64,000 nucleotides of DNA from an uncultured delta proteobacterium (GTDB lineage Bacteria > Desulfobacterota > Zymogenia > Zymogenales > Zymogenaceae): positions 640,001-704,000 of the forward strand of contig CAVTLK010000001.1 in the NCBI GenBank assembly GCA_963735595.1, in the 5' to 3' direction. Below are positions 35,417 to 45,547 of the stretch, one piece after another. The notes beneath the pieces were generated by a model. It did no database searches and had not been told where the DNA came from. It saw only the letters and a program-made list of their open reading frames with translations. Within the stretch, counting starts at the first letter, position 1; every line of letters begins with the position of its first letter. A program made the translations under genes and the position numbers.

Positions 35417-36108
35417 TCAGTGCTCTTTGGCCTTAAAGACCATGCCGTTTATCATCGAGGAGACGGTGCCTTCCTTGAAGACGATGTCGTACCAGAAGGC
35501 CATATAAATGTGCACGATGATAAACAGGACAAAGAGCCAGGTCAGGATATGGTGGACGTAGCGCACCATCGCCAGCCCCCCCATGCAGACGCTCGACGGG
35601 GGTCAGTATCCAGGCGTAAGGCCCAGCAGCCCGTGATCGTATCCCGCCCCGGTGAGGATGAGTCCCGTAATGACGATGAGAAAGATCATCACGAAGAGCC
35701 CCATGTAGGACAGCGCCTGCAGCGGCCCGTACAGGTAGACGTGCTCCGGGCGCTCGTTGGACACGAGTAGGTAGAACTTGATCTGTTTAATGAAGTTCTT
35801 CCAATCGGTGATCGCGAGGAAGTTCTTCCAGTTGGCGTGAAACCTCTCGAAAGAACCCCATGTACATTCTCCAGACGAACAGTATCGTGAGGATCACGCC
35901 GAACAGGAGGTGATAGTACCGCATCTCCCCCATGAGGAACTTATGCACCGTCTCTCCGGACGACACCGAGAAACGGATCGGCGATATACCAGCCGGTTAC
36001 GATAAGGAAGAAGATGGAGATCGCCATGGCCCAGTGGTGCACGCGGATTGGCACCGTCCATTCCCTGACGGGTGTCCTCTTTTCCATGGCCGTATCTTTA
36101 TTTTCCAT
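35417..36108 (-). CDS. hyaC: [NiFe]-hydrogenase cytochrome b subunit (frameshifted; absent from ORF track)
   Basis: Manual translation: IRVHHW..ISIF.LIVTG.YI, MRYYH, YGPLQ, VRYVHH..TW...IVHIYM. Confidence 0.85.
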
Positions 36109-36119
36109 GGCGGACTCCT

Positions 36120-37790
36120 TTACAATACTTTGAACTTCTTGATCTCGTTAGTCCTCGGGTCAATGATGTGGACGGCGCAGGCCATGCACGGATCAAACGA
36201 GTGGATCGTCCTGATGATCTCCAGCGGCTGATCAACGTTGGCAAGGCGAGTCCCGATCAGCGATTCTTCGTACGGCCCCCTGAGGCCGGCCGCATCCCTC
36301 GGCGAGCAGTTCCACGTCGAGGGAACGACCGCCTGGTAGTTTTCGATGACCTTGTTCTTGATCTTGATCCAGTGGCCCAGCGACCCGCGCGGCGCCTCTT
36401 TCATGCCGCGCCCTTGCGCCTCCTCGGGAACATCGCAGCGGGTCCACGTCCTGGTATCGCCGGACTTGATGTTGGTCACCAGCTCGTTGACCCAGGCCTC
36501 AGTATTGTCGGCGATGAGCTTGGTCTCGAGTGCCCGCGCGGCAGTCCTTCCAAGGGTTGAAAAGAGGACCGTGACCGGCAGTCCCGTGGCCTTGAGGGTG
36601 GAGTCGACCAGGTCCTTGATCTTCTGATCGCCCGTGGCATATCCGATGATGAAGCGTGCCAGCGGCCCCACCTCATAGGGGAGACCGTCGTACCGGGGCG
36701 CCTTGCACCAGGTATACTTCTCGTCGGCCTTGACGTGTCCGGACTCGTCGTAGTCGGTATAATTCGGTTCGGTTGACCCATCGTACGGGTGCAGCGGCTG
36801 GCCGTCCGTGTACCAGGAGTGCGTAACGTCCTCGGTGATCTTGGTCTCGTCAAGCTTCTCGACGTTTGCAAGGTCCCGGTTCTTGATGACGCCGGGCTGG
36901 AAGAACGTCGTGGTGTAGTCGTCGTCGAGGTTGATCCCCCCGTAGGAGAGGTAGTTCTTGACTCCGCCGCCGATCCCGGCCAAACCCTCGTCCTTGTAGT
37001 AGGTGGCCGCCAGCAGGACGTCCGGGATATACGCGGTCTCGACGAAGTTCCTCATCTCCTTGAGCCGGAAGAGATACTCGCCGATTCGGTAGGCGTCCAG
37101 CGTATCCATTACCGAGGTAACGCCGCCGGCAACCAGCGTCTGCGGGTGGGGGTTCTTGCCGCCGAAGATCGCCATCATCTGGGCGCCGACCTTTGAGACG
37201 GCCAGGGCGTCCAGGTAATGGGATACGATAATAAGGTTTGCCTCCGCGGGCAGCTTGTAGGAGGGGCTTCCCCAGTAGCCGTTGGCAAAGGGCCCTAACC
37301 GGCCCGATTCAACGAATTTTTTCAGCCGTTCCTGGACGGACTTATAGTGGGATGCGGAGGAATTGTACGGGTTGTCGCAATAGGCGCGCGCCATATCCTC
37401 GGCCCTCCGGGGGTCCGCCCCCAGGGCCGAAACGACGTCCACCCAGTCAAGACCGTGCAGGTGATAGAAATGCATGATGTGGTCGGTTATGTAGAGAGAT
37501 GCATTGATGAGGTTTCTCACGATACGGGCGTTCGTGGGCGGCTTGACCCCGAATGCGTCTTCCACTGCCAATATCGAGGCCTCATAATGGGAATAGGTGC
37601 AGACCCCGCAGAACCGCTGGGTCATGAGCCCCGCGTCCCGGGGGTCTCTCCCCTTGAGGATAGTCTCGATGCCCCGCCAGAGGGTGATGGTAGACCAGGC
37701 GTCCTTTACGGTATTACCCTCCAGCTCGACCTCTATGCGTAAATGTCCTTCAATCCGGGTAATCGGATCGATTATTATTTTCTGAGCCAT
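36120..37790 (-). CDS. hyaB: Group 1 [NiFe]-hydrogenase large subunit
   Basis: DPITRIEGH, L1 QRFCGVCTYSH, L2 SFDPCMACAVH plus cleavable C-terminal tail. Confidence 0.96.
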   Translation of the reverse strand: MAQKIIIDPITRIEGHLRIEVELEGNTVKDAWSTITLWRGIETILKGRDPRDAGLMTQRFCGVCTYSHYEASILAVEDAFGVKPPTNARIVRNLINASLYITDHIMHFYHLHGLDWVDVVSALGADPRRAEDMARAYCDNPYNSSASHYKSVQERLKKFVESGRLGPFANGYWGSPSYKLPAEANLIIVSHYLDALAVSKVGAQMMAIFGGKNPHPQTLVAGGVTSVMDTLDAYRIGEYLFRLKEMRNFVETAYIPDVLLAATYYKDEGLAGIGGGVKNYLSYGGINLDDDYTTTFFQPGVIKNRDLANVEKLDETKITEDVTHSWYTDGQPLHPYDGSTEPNYTDYDESGHVKADEKYTWCKAPRYDGLPYEVGPLARFIIGYATGDQKIKDLVDSTLKATGLPVTVLFSTLGRTAARALETKLIADNTEAWVNELVTNIKSGDTRTWTRCDVPEEAQGRGMKEAPRGSLGHWIKIKNKVIENYQAVVPSTWNCSPRDAAGLRGPYEESLIGTRLANVDQPLEIIRTIHSFDPCMACAVHIIDPRTNEIKKFKVL

Positions 37791-37815
37791 TCTCACTCTC
37801 CTTTATGATGGCCTG

Positions 37816-39027
37816 CTACTTTTTTTCGGCTTTCTTCTTCTTGTCGTCTTCCGGGCCGTGGCGCTTGATGGCCGAAGCCGCTGCATGGGCGGCAACGCCG
37901 GCCACCGTGAGGCCCGCCAGGGTCGCGAAGACCGTGTTGACAGTGGACTCAACCCCCTTTACGCCGATCGCCCCATCGGATATCGGTTTTTCGAGGGGGG
38001 CCATCGTATCCCAGAAGGCCGGCTCGTAGCATCCCATACAGCCGTGACCGGCCATGATCGGCCACGAGGTGCCGTCGTTATAGCGGACCTTGCCGCAGTT
38101 CGCATAGGTGTAGGGGCCCTTGCACCCCATCTTATAGAGGCACCAGCCCCGCTTTGCGCCGGCGTCGCCCCATTCCTCGACATACTCGCCGGCGTCGTAG
38201 TGGGAGCGCCGCTCGCAGTAGTCGTGAATACGCTTTCCGTAGGCAAACAGCGGCCTGCCGAGGGAATCGGTGGCCGGCAGCGCCCCGAACATCAGGAAAT
38301 GGAGAACGGTCCCGACGAAGTTTACCGGGTTGGGGGGGCATCCCGCGATGTTGATCGTCCTGATCCCGAGGGAGTCCCGAATGCCCTTGGCATCCGTCGG
38401 GTTGGGCTTGGCAGCCTGGATGTTACCGAAGGAAGAGCAGCTCCCGATGCAGATGACGGCGGCGGCCTTCGAGGCCGCTTCCTTGCCGATCTCTTTTCCG
38501 GTTTTCCCCTCGCTCCCGATCCTCAGGTACTTGCCGTCCAGACCCTCGGGGATGGCACCCTCGATGACCAGCACGTACTGCCCCTCGAAATCGGCCATGG
38601 CCTTCGTGAGGTTTTCCTCGGCCTGCTTGCCGGAAGCGGCCATCAGGGTCTCGTGGTACTCCAGGGAGATCGTGTCCAGGAGAATGTCATCGACGTTCGG
38701 ATAGGACGTGCGCAGGAATGCCTCGCTGCACCCGGTGCACTCGGCGAAGTTAAGCCAGATGACCGGCAGCCGGCTGAAGTTCTCCGCCGCGCGCGCCACC
38801 ATGGGGCGGAACATCGGCGGGAGCATCATGACGCCGGTTATGAACGACGTCCACTTGACGAACTCCCTGCGTGAGACCCCCCGCGCCTTGAGGCTTTCCT
38901 GAAGACTCTCTCTCGGTTCGGGCAATGTCTCTTCAATTTGATCCAGTTGGACCTGACAGTACTCCATTAATTCCCGGTACTGCTTTTCTACCGTCCGGCG
39001 GTGGCCGGAGCCGTTTGTGCCGCCCAT
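37816..39027 (-). CDS. hyaA: Group 1 [NiFe]-hydrogenase small subunit (Tat signal, C-terminal membrane anchor)
   Basis: AAAGGAGG SD before ATG 39027; SRREFVK, ECTGCSE, GCPP, CLYKMGCKGP, HGCMGC. Confidence 0.95.
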   Translation of the reverse strand: MGGTNGSGHRRTVEKQYRELMEYCQVQLDQIEETLPEPRESLQESLKARGVSRREFVKWTSFITGVMMLPPMFRPMVARAAENFSRLPVIWLNFAECTGCSEAFLRTSYPNVDDILLDTISLEYHETLMAASGKQAEENLTKAMADFEGQYVLVIEGAIPEGLDGKYLRIGSEGKTGKEIGKEAASKAAAVICIGSCSSFGNIQAAKPNPTDAKGIRDSLGIRTINIAGCPPNPVNFVGTVLHFLMFGALPATDSLGRPLFAYGKRIHDYCERRSHYDAGEYVEEWGDAGAKRGWCLYKMGCKGPYTYANCGKVRYNDGTSWPIMAGHGCMGCYEPAFWDTMAPLEKPISDGAIGVKGVESTVNTVFATLAGLTVAGVAAHAAASAIKRHGPEDDKKKKAEKK

Positions 39028-39258
39028 AATGCCTCCTTTCAATAGATCATCTGGTCTCTGTAGGAAACTACTCGGTATAATCAATTAGATCGGCGCGCAA
39101 TCCTTCCGCCCCGCTTTCTGTACGGATTATCGATGCTCATTGGACATCGATGCCGGCAGGGAGCCGATTGCCCGGCTTCGTATCGAGCGGGTCTCGATAA
39201 TCGTGATGCCGACAACAAAGCACTCCGACCTGATGAGATCCGCTGTCAGTTCGCCGCT

Positions 39259-39370
39259 AAGATAAAACCGGTGTTTTGGGAAGGATACGCGATGCGCAAG
39301 GGTAAGATTCCGGGAAGATGACATGGGCACGTCATCCCGATCCTGCGCCGTTCTCCTTTCCAAACACGGG
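39259..39370 (-). terminator. Putative riboswitch-controlled terminator (long imperfect hairpin overlapping aptamer 3' end)
   Basis: UCCUUCCCAAAACACCGG (39268-39285) is complementary to aptamer CCCGUGUUUGGAAAGGA; followed by UUUUAUCUU. Confidence 0.5.
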
Positions 39371-39493
39371 AGGCATGGGCGTTTCCGTCCATACCCTATC
39401 GTCCCTGTTCCATCGGCGGAGGGGAAAGGATTGCCTTTTCGTGGCCGTAAATCCCTTCCCGACCCGTACCATTAGGGCACAGGGATCGGAGAA
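39351..39493 (-). ncRNA. Moco/Wco-family riboswitch (P3-less type) upstream of the hydrogenase operon
   Basis: P1 UUCUCC/GGAGAA; P2 UCCCUGU/ACAGGGA with CCUAA...AUGG receptor-like motif; P4 GGGUAUGG..GAAA..CCAUGCCU; canonical 3' end CCCGUGUUUGGAAAGGAG. Confidence 0.88.
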
Positions 39494-39502
39494 AGCAGGT
39501 TA

Positions 39503-39531
39503 TTTATAGTGCAACCGCATAAAGATGTCAA
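39503..39531 (-). promoter_or_regulatory. sigma70-like promoter directly before the riboswitch
   Basis: TTGACA-17 nt-TATAAA. Confidence 0.65.
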
Positions 39532-39684
39532 GGTTTTTTGATGGGCGGGTAGATGAAAAGAAGCGATAGGGGATAGCCCCACAATAGCGCTGTTATCCCG
39601 CTACCCATAACATGACAGCGGGCGGAAGTGAGGAGAGCGGCTAGCCGGCATCGGCCGCGTGCTGTCCTGCCGGAACGTACTCTA

Positions 39685-40534
39685 TTATGTATCGATTGCC
39701 AGGACGCTCACCAGGTCGACCGTGTCCCGGATATATCCCTCCCGTTTCGCAACGATATCAAGGCGGATGGTCGTAAGGTCCTCAAGTCTCGGGAAGGGCG
39801 TCGGCCTTTCTTTCGAGTCGACCGATTTCAGGTAGTGCTTACAGGTATCGCAGACATATACCCGGTGGGCGGGGTCGTTTTCAACCGTGAAATATCGTGT
39901 CTTTTCCCGCCCGGCTTCACCACAAAACGGACAGGTCAACCGGCGGAAGTTCCACCGCGTCAAACATCGGCCGCAGGAGAGCGTGAGACGTGCCGTCCTC
40001 TCCCTCGATGAGCGAAAGGTGCGGGGCGGCGCCGCACACGGGGCAGTAGGAGGCCGCCCACTTGTCCAGCAATCCGGTTCGCTCAAAGCTCTCCTTAATC
40101 GGATTAAGGAGATACCGCAGCGTCTCGTTTGCCGCCAGAAGCGCTACCGGACGCGAGCCCCCGAATCCCTCCGGAAAGAGATATTCCTGGCTCAGCACCC
40201 CGCTCAGCAGCGCCCGGAAGGCCTGCCGATCGCCGTAAAACCCGACGATTTCCTCGGCGCCTTTCTGATCCTTTTCGAGCACGACGGTTACCAGCCGGGC
40301 AAACCGCTTCCCGAGCCTTTCGACATCGTCAGGAATCAGCCGCACGTCGGCCAGAGGGAATCCGTCGGACAACCGGCCTGAATCCGGAGGGGCGTCCGCT
40401 TGCCTCTGCGTCCCCGTCTCTTCTCCGCCGATTCGCACAAAACCCGTCAGGATTGCCAGAAGCGGCTCGATTTTCGGGTCATTACTCATCGCCCGTTTAA
40501 TGGCGGCGATTTCGGGGTCTTTCATGTATGCCAT
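39685..40534 (-). CDS. fdhE: Formate dehydrogenase accessory protein FdhE (frameshifted)
   Basis: YCPVCGAAP, CGRCLTRW...CPFCGE, VCDTCKHYLK, DLTTIRLD. Confidence 0.85.
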
Positions 40535-40599
40535 TCCCCATAATGATTGGGGCGGCCGTACGGCCGCCCCTTCAATGATAGATCGGGTTTTCGGCTCAC

Positions 40600-41238
40600 T
40601 TAAGCCTTTGACTTTCGGGTTTCCTTGACGATCTTTTCCCGGTAGTAGCCGGGCATATGGGTCTTGGCCCACGCCTCGGTCACCTTGCCGTCCGTCATGA
40701 CCGGCAGGCTGCCCGTCGTGCCGACGGTGCCGAGATAGATGTGCACCATCGAAAACCCGCCCATGACGGCAACACCGAGGGCATGAAAGACCACCGTCCA
40801 CCGCATGAGCGGAGCCCAGATGAGGCCCTTTCCGAACCAGAGCAGTAACCCCGTGGCAATCATTACGGCGCCGTAGAGTGCCACCGTAATAAAGAACAGC
40901 TTCTGGCCCGCGTTGTACTTATACGGCTCGGGTATTTTCGCCTTCCAGAGGTAACCGCCCGCCGCCTTCATCCACTCGATATCTGTCTTGTCGATGTAGC
41001 CCGCTTCTTTATACCAGTGACGCACGGCAAAGACAAGGGCAATCGTGAAGACAAGGCCGATAAACCGGTGGTAGTCCTTGACCGCCCGGTAACCGCCGAG
41101 CATTTCGGCAAGGGGGGCAAACGCGTTGACGGCGATTATCAGACCGGTAAAGACCAGGGCCAGACACGTCCCCGCCAGAACCCAGTGGATTACCCGCTCG
41201 TAGGGGGTCGATGCGATAACGACTTTTTGCCCAGCCAT
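40600..41238 (-). CDS. fdnI: Formate dehydrogenase gamma (cytochrome b) subunit
   Basis: ERVIHW, KYNAGQK, VHIYLG, GKVTEAWAKTH. Confidence 0.92.
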   Translation of the reverse strand: MAGQKVVIASTPYERVIHWVLAGTCLALVFTGLIIAVNAFAPLAEMLGGYRAVKDYHRFIGLVFTIALVFAVRHWYKEAGYIDKTDIEWMKAAGGYLWKAKIPEPYKYNAGQKLFFITVALYGAVMIATGLLLWFGKGLIWAPLMRWTVVFHALGVAVMGGFSMVHIYLGTVGTTGSLPVMTDGKVTEAWAKTHMPGYYREKIVKETRKSKA

Positions 41239-41239
41239 G

Positions 41240-42043
41240 CTACTTACCTCCCTCTTCCTTGGGATGCTTCGGTCCCTTGATCATATAGTGAAGGAGCGCC
41301 CCCCGATGACGCCTCCGATTGACAGGAGTCCGAGCGGTTTGGCGATGTTTCTCCAGAGTTTTACGGTTATCGGGACGTGCGGCGAGACCGGGAGCTTCGC
41401 GTAGAGCTTTTCCTGCTCGGTCAGCACGTACATGACGTGGGTCCCATCGACGTAGTCCCTACCGTACAGGGAGGCCGCCAGACCTTTTTCGACAAGTTGG
41501 GCCACCCGCTGCTCTCCCTTGTCGATCATCTGCTCTTTGAGGCCGAAGCTGAGGCACCCGGTGGGGCATGCCTTGACGCAGGCCGGAATCATTCCGTTGG
41601 TGATTCTATCCTCGCAAAGGGTGCACTTATACGTCACCTTCGTCTCTGAGTCGTAGCGCGGTATACCGAACGGACAGGCAATGACGCAGTACTTGCAGCC
41701 GATGCAGAGGTCCCGGTTGAGCCTGACGGCCCCTTTCTCCCCGTACGTGAGGGCGCCGGAAGGGCAGACCCGCACGCAGGAGGCGTCGGTGCAGTGAAAG
41801 CACCCGTCCTTGCGGAAAATCCAGTCGACACTGCCGTCCTCTTTTTCACGCTCCTGGAAGCGGATGAGCGTCCAGGTGTTGTGTTGAAGGTCGGGAGGGT
41901 TTTGGTGGCTTCCCCAATTTGTTGTCTGGGCGCCCGGCTGTGAATTCCAGTTCTTGCAGGCAACCTGACAACCGCGGCATCCCGTGCACTTTGGAGAGGT
42001 CGATGAGTTTGACCATCTCTTCCTTTATCTTTGTCGCTGCCAT
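41240..42043 (-). CDS. fdnH: Formate dehydrogenase beta (4Fe-4S) subunit (frameshifted)
   Basis: GCRGCQVACK (shifted), CIGCKYCVIACPF, KCTLCEDR...PACVKACPTG, C-terminal TM. Confidence 0.88.
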
Positions 42044-45000
42044 TATAGCCACCCTCCTTTCACCTTTTCAACATTAACCAGGAAGGCCTTGCTCTCGGGA
42101 ATTGAGGTGTTTGGGTCACCGATAGTCGACGTGAGCAGATTGGCCGAGTCGCCGAACGTGTAGACCTCCGGCTTGGGCACGGCAGGATCGCTGCTCTGCC
42201 CCTCCTCGGTGGTCCGCCACCCGAAGTGCCACGGGATACCGACCTGATGGAGCTCGACGTTGTCACCGAGTTTAAACGGTTTAAACCGCTTGGTCACGAT
42301 GGCAACGGCCACTATTTCGCCCCTGGCCGACGAGACCTTAACCCGGTCACCCCCTTCGATCCCCTTCATCTCCGCGAGCTCTTCGCTCATCTCTACAAAA
42401 TTTCCCGGCTGCATCTCTGCCAGCCAGGGCTGCCAGCGCGTCATAAGCCCGGTCTGCCAGTGTTCCGTAACGCGGTACGTAGTCGCCAGAATCGGGTACT
42501 TCGGATCGCAGGTGCCGGCGTAAACGTCGACGTCGCTGCCGACTTCCGGTCTATCGTAGCGGCGGATGACGGGACTGATGAGCTGTTTGGGATTGAGCAG
42601 GTTTGCCGGCACGGGACACTCGACAGGCTCATAGTGCACCGGGAACGGGCCGTCGGCAAGGCCGGGGCCGAATATCGATGCTACGCCCTCTTTCTGCATG
42701 ATGAAGGGGAGCCTCCCATCCGGGTTGGTGGACCCGTCGGCCTTTTTGAGCGGCGGATAATTCCCGTCGATGACATCCCCAACCCACTTGTCTCCGGCCC
42801 AGCGGACGACCGGCTTTGCCGGCGCCCACGGCTTGCCGGTGGGATCGACCGATGCGCGGTTGTAGATGATCCTCCGGTTGACGGGCCAGGACCATGCCCA
42901 TTTCGGGAAAAGACCGATGCCCGACGTATCCGTGTTGTTCCTTCGGGCGGAGTTGTTGCCGTCCGCGTTGTAGGACTGGGAATAGACCCAGCTACCGCTG
43001 GAGGTGGAACCGTCGTCCTGGAGCATTACGAACGAAGGCACGAGGTCCCCCTTCTTATACTGCTTGTCCTTGATGACTGTATCGTCGAGGAAGTATCCGT
43101 TTATCTCTTTGGCCACGTAGTGGCGTATCAAAGGCCTTCATCTTGCCCGAGTAGTCCTTAGGGCCGTATTCCCAGGCGAGCTTGGTGAAGGCTTCCTTCA
43201 AGACGGCGTTGTCCTTCTCCATGTGCTCCCTGACCTTGAAGAAAGAGCTCGGTATGATCTCGCCGTCGGCCATCGCCTCTCCCGGCGGATTGACCGCCTT
43301 ATAGCGCCATTGCATCCAGCGACCGGAGTTGGTGATGCTCCCCTCCTTTTCGAGGGACGCGGCGCACGGAAGCATGAAGACCTCTGTCTTGATATCGGCG
43401 GGTTCATTCCAGGACCCCGCCAGAAAGAGCCGGTCTCGTTGTCGAAGAGATTGACGTTCACGAGCCACTCGAGCTTCGCCAGGCCCTTTCTGACCTTATT
43501 CGCATGGGCACCGGAGCATGCCGGGTTCTGACCCCAGGCGAGCACACCCTTGAGTTTACCCTTGTAGGCGGCGTCCCAGATCTGCAGCCAGGAGTAGTTG
43601 ACGCCGTCGTCGGGCTTGGGGAGGTAGCCGTAGCCTCTTCGAGAGTGGCGTTCAAGCCGTAGAGCGCCCGCAGGAGACTCACCATATACTTGGGATAGTT
43701 GGATGCCCAGCTCGCGCTCAGGGGGTTGGATGGCTTGACTGCGTGATCCGGGCCGGTTGTAGGCGGCCAGCGTACGCCAGAGACGCGGTCGGCGCGGCGA
43801 GGTATCCGGGAAGAATATGGTAGAGGAGTGCCGTAGTCGGTGGAGCCCTGAACGTTGGACTCCCCCTCAGCGCGTTGACGCCGCCTCCGGCCACTCCCAT
43901 GTTGCCCAGAAGCATCTGGATGATGGACATCGCCCGGATGTTCTGGACGCCGACCGTGTGCTGCGTAAAGCCCATGGCGTACAGGATCGTCCCGGCCTTG
44001 TCGGACGCTCCCGCTCTTCGCGTACGCCTCGTAGACGGCCGATGAGCTTATCTTCGGGGGTGCCGGTAACCTGTGAGACCGTCTTCAGGCTCGTACCGGT
44101 CATACTCTTTCTTGAGCAGCTGTAAAACGCACTGCGGATCAGTAAGCGTCCGGTCTTTCATCGGGAACCCGTCCCCGCCGGCCACGAACGTCCAGGTCGC
44201 CTTATCGTATTTGCCGCCCGCCGGCGTCTCCGTCAGGCCGGAAAATACGCCGTCGTTGTCTGCCGCCAGCTTAAAGGCTGAATTGACGACAAACGACGCG
44301 TTCGTATATTCCCGGACGTATCTCAGAAGTAGAGCTTCTTTGTCGATGATATACCTGATCATACCGCCCAGAAAGGCGATATCCGATCCGGATCGGAGGG
44401 GGGCGTAGATGTGGGCCTTTGATGAAGTCTGGGTGAACCTCGGATCGACGCTGATAAGGACGGCACCGTTGTCGATAGCCCGCTGTACCCATTTGAAGGA
44501 AATCGGGTGATTTGCGGCAGCATTGCTGCCCATGACAAGAATGACGTCACTGTTCTTCAGATCGATCCAGTGATTGGTCATTGCGCCTCTACCGAACGAC
44601 TCTGCCAGAGCCGCTACCGTTGCGCTGTGTCAGATACGGGCCTGGTGTTCAATATACACCAGGCCTAACCCCCTCAGGAATTTCTGATAGACATAGCATT
44701 CTTCGTTGTCCATGGCCGCGCTGCCGACCGAGGCGACCGCGGTCGTTCGGTTGACGACCTGGCCCTTGTCGTTGGTGCGGGTGAAGCTCTCGTTGCGGGA
44801 CTTGACGATTCTCTTGGCGATCTTGTCGAGGGCCCAGTCCCACGATACCGCTTCCCATTTGTCCGAGCCGGGGGCGCGGTAGAGGGGAGTCGACAGGCGG
44901 GCGTCATTGACCGCTATCTGATAGAGCGAGCCGCCCTTCGGGCAGAGGGAACCCTCGTTGATCGGGTGATCTGGATCGCCCTCGGTGTTGATCACCGTGC

Positions 45001-45187
45001 CGTTGCGGGTATGGACGATGATTCCGCAGCCCACCGCGCAGTAGGGACAGATGGTGGTCGTCTCTGTGGCGTACAGGGTTTTCAGCGGGAGCGCCTCCGC
45101 CCGAACCGAAGCGATATTCAGGCCCAGACCTCCCACGAAGACCGTGGCGCCGGTTAGTCTAAGAAACGTACGTCTGGTAACTTCCAT
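42043..45187 (-). CDS. fdnG: Periplasmic selenocysteine formate dehydrogenase-N-type alpha subunit (UGA=Sec at 44630-44632; several frameshifts)
   Basis: Tat TRRTFL; CPYCAVGC; EHQARI-U-HSATVAAL..SFGRGAMTNHW; WPVNRRIIYNRAS; TTYRVTEHWQTG. Confidence 0.92.
44597..44613 (-). promoter_or_regulatory. SECIS-like hairpin of fdnG
   Basis: CGGCTCT-GGC-AGAGTCG 16 nt downstream of the UGA. Confidence 0.7.
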
Positions 45188-45258
45188 GGCTCTCCTCTTT
45201 GCCTGAGTAATACTTTATTGACCGTTGACGTTCAACCCGATTGGCCAACCAAACCAAT

Positions 45259-45315
45259 AAAAAAAAGGAAGAGATACCTCCCCCTTGTCCCCATGGGAAG
45301 GTCATCTCTTCCTTT
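45259..45315 (-). terminator. Intrinsic terminator in fdnG leader overlapping aptamer P1
   Basis: AAAGGAAGAGAUGACCUUCCC...GGGGAGGUAUCUCUUCC followed by U8. Confidence 0.85.
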
Positions 45316-45394
45316 GCAAACGGCGGGGTAAGCGATCTCTCCCTTACCCGTATCGGCTCACGGATCCCGTCGGGATCGGTGAACTCGGAAGATA
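45304..45394 (-). ncRNA. Variant Moco/Wco-family riboswitch (compact, P3-less) upstream of fdnG
   Basis: P1 UCUUCC/GGAAGA, GA, P2 GUUCAC..GAUCCC-GAC-GGGAUC..GUGAGC, CGAUA junction, P4 GGGUAAG..GAGA..CUUACCC, P5 GC-CGUUU-GC, AAAGG: same topology as the 39351 aptamer. Confidence 0.72.
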
Positions 45395-45408
45395 GTATTT
45401 TCGCGAAA

Positions 45409-45437
45409 ATAATATACGGGTGGTACTAAAATGTCAA
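45409..45437 (-). promoter_or_regulatory. sigma70-like promoter of the fdn operon
   Basis: TTGACA-17 nt-TATTAT. Confidence 0.75.
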
Positions 45438-45547
45438 GAACTTAAACGCAGTACCGACCACAATAATGTGGGGGATGTGGACGGTTAATATCTCGGGCAG
45501 GCGGCCGTTTTTCTCGCGAAACTACCGCATCACGGTCGTGCCGGCGA

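Noticed and set aside
39127..39363. 78-aa leader ORF as the target of the riboswitch SD-like GGAG
   Set aside because: Its TTG start lies inside the aptamer, the nearest ATG is too far from GGAG, and the product has no recognisable features
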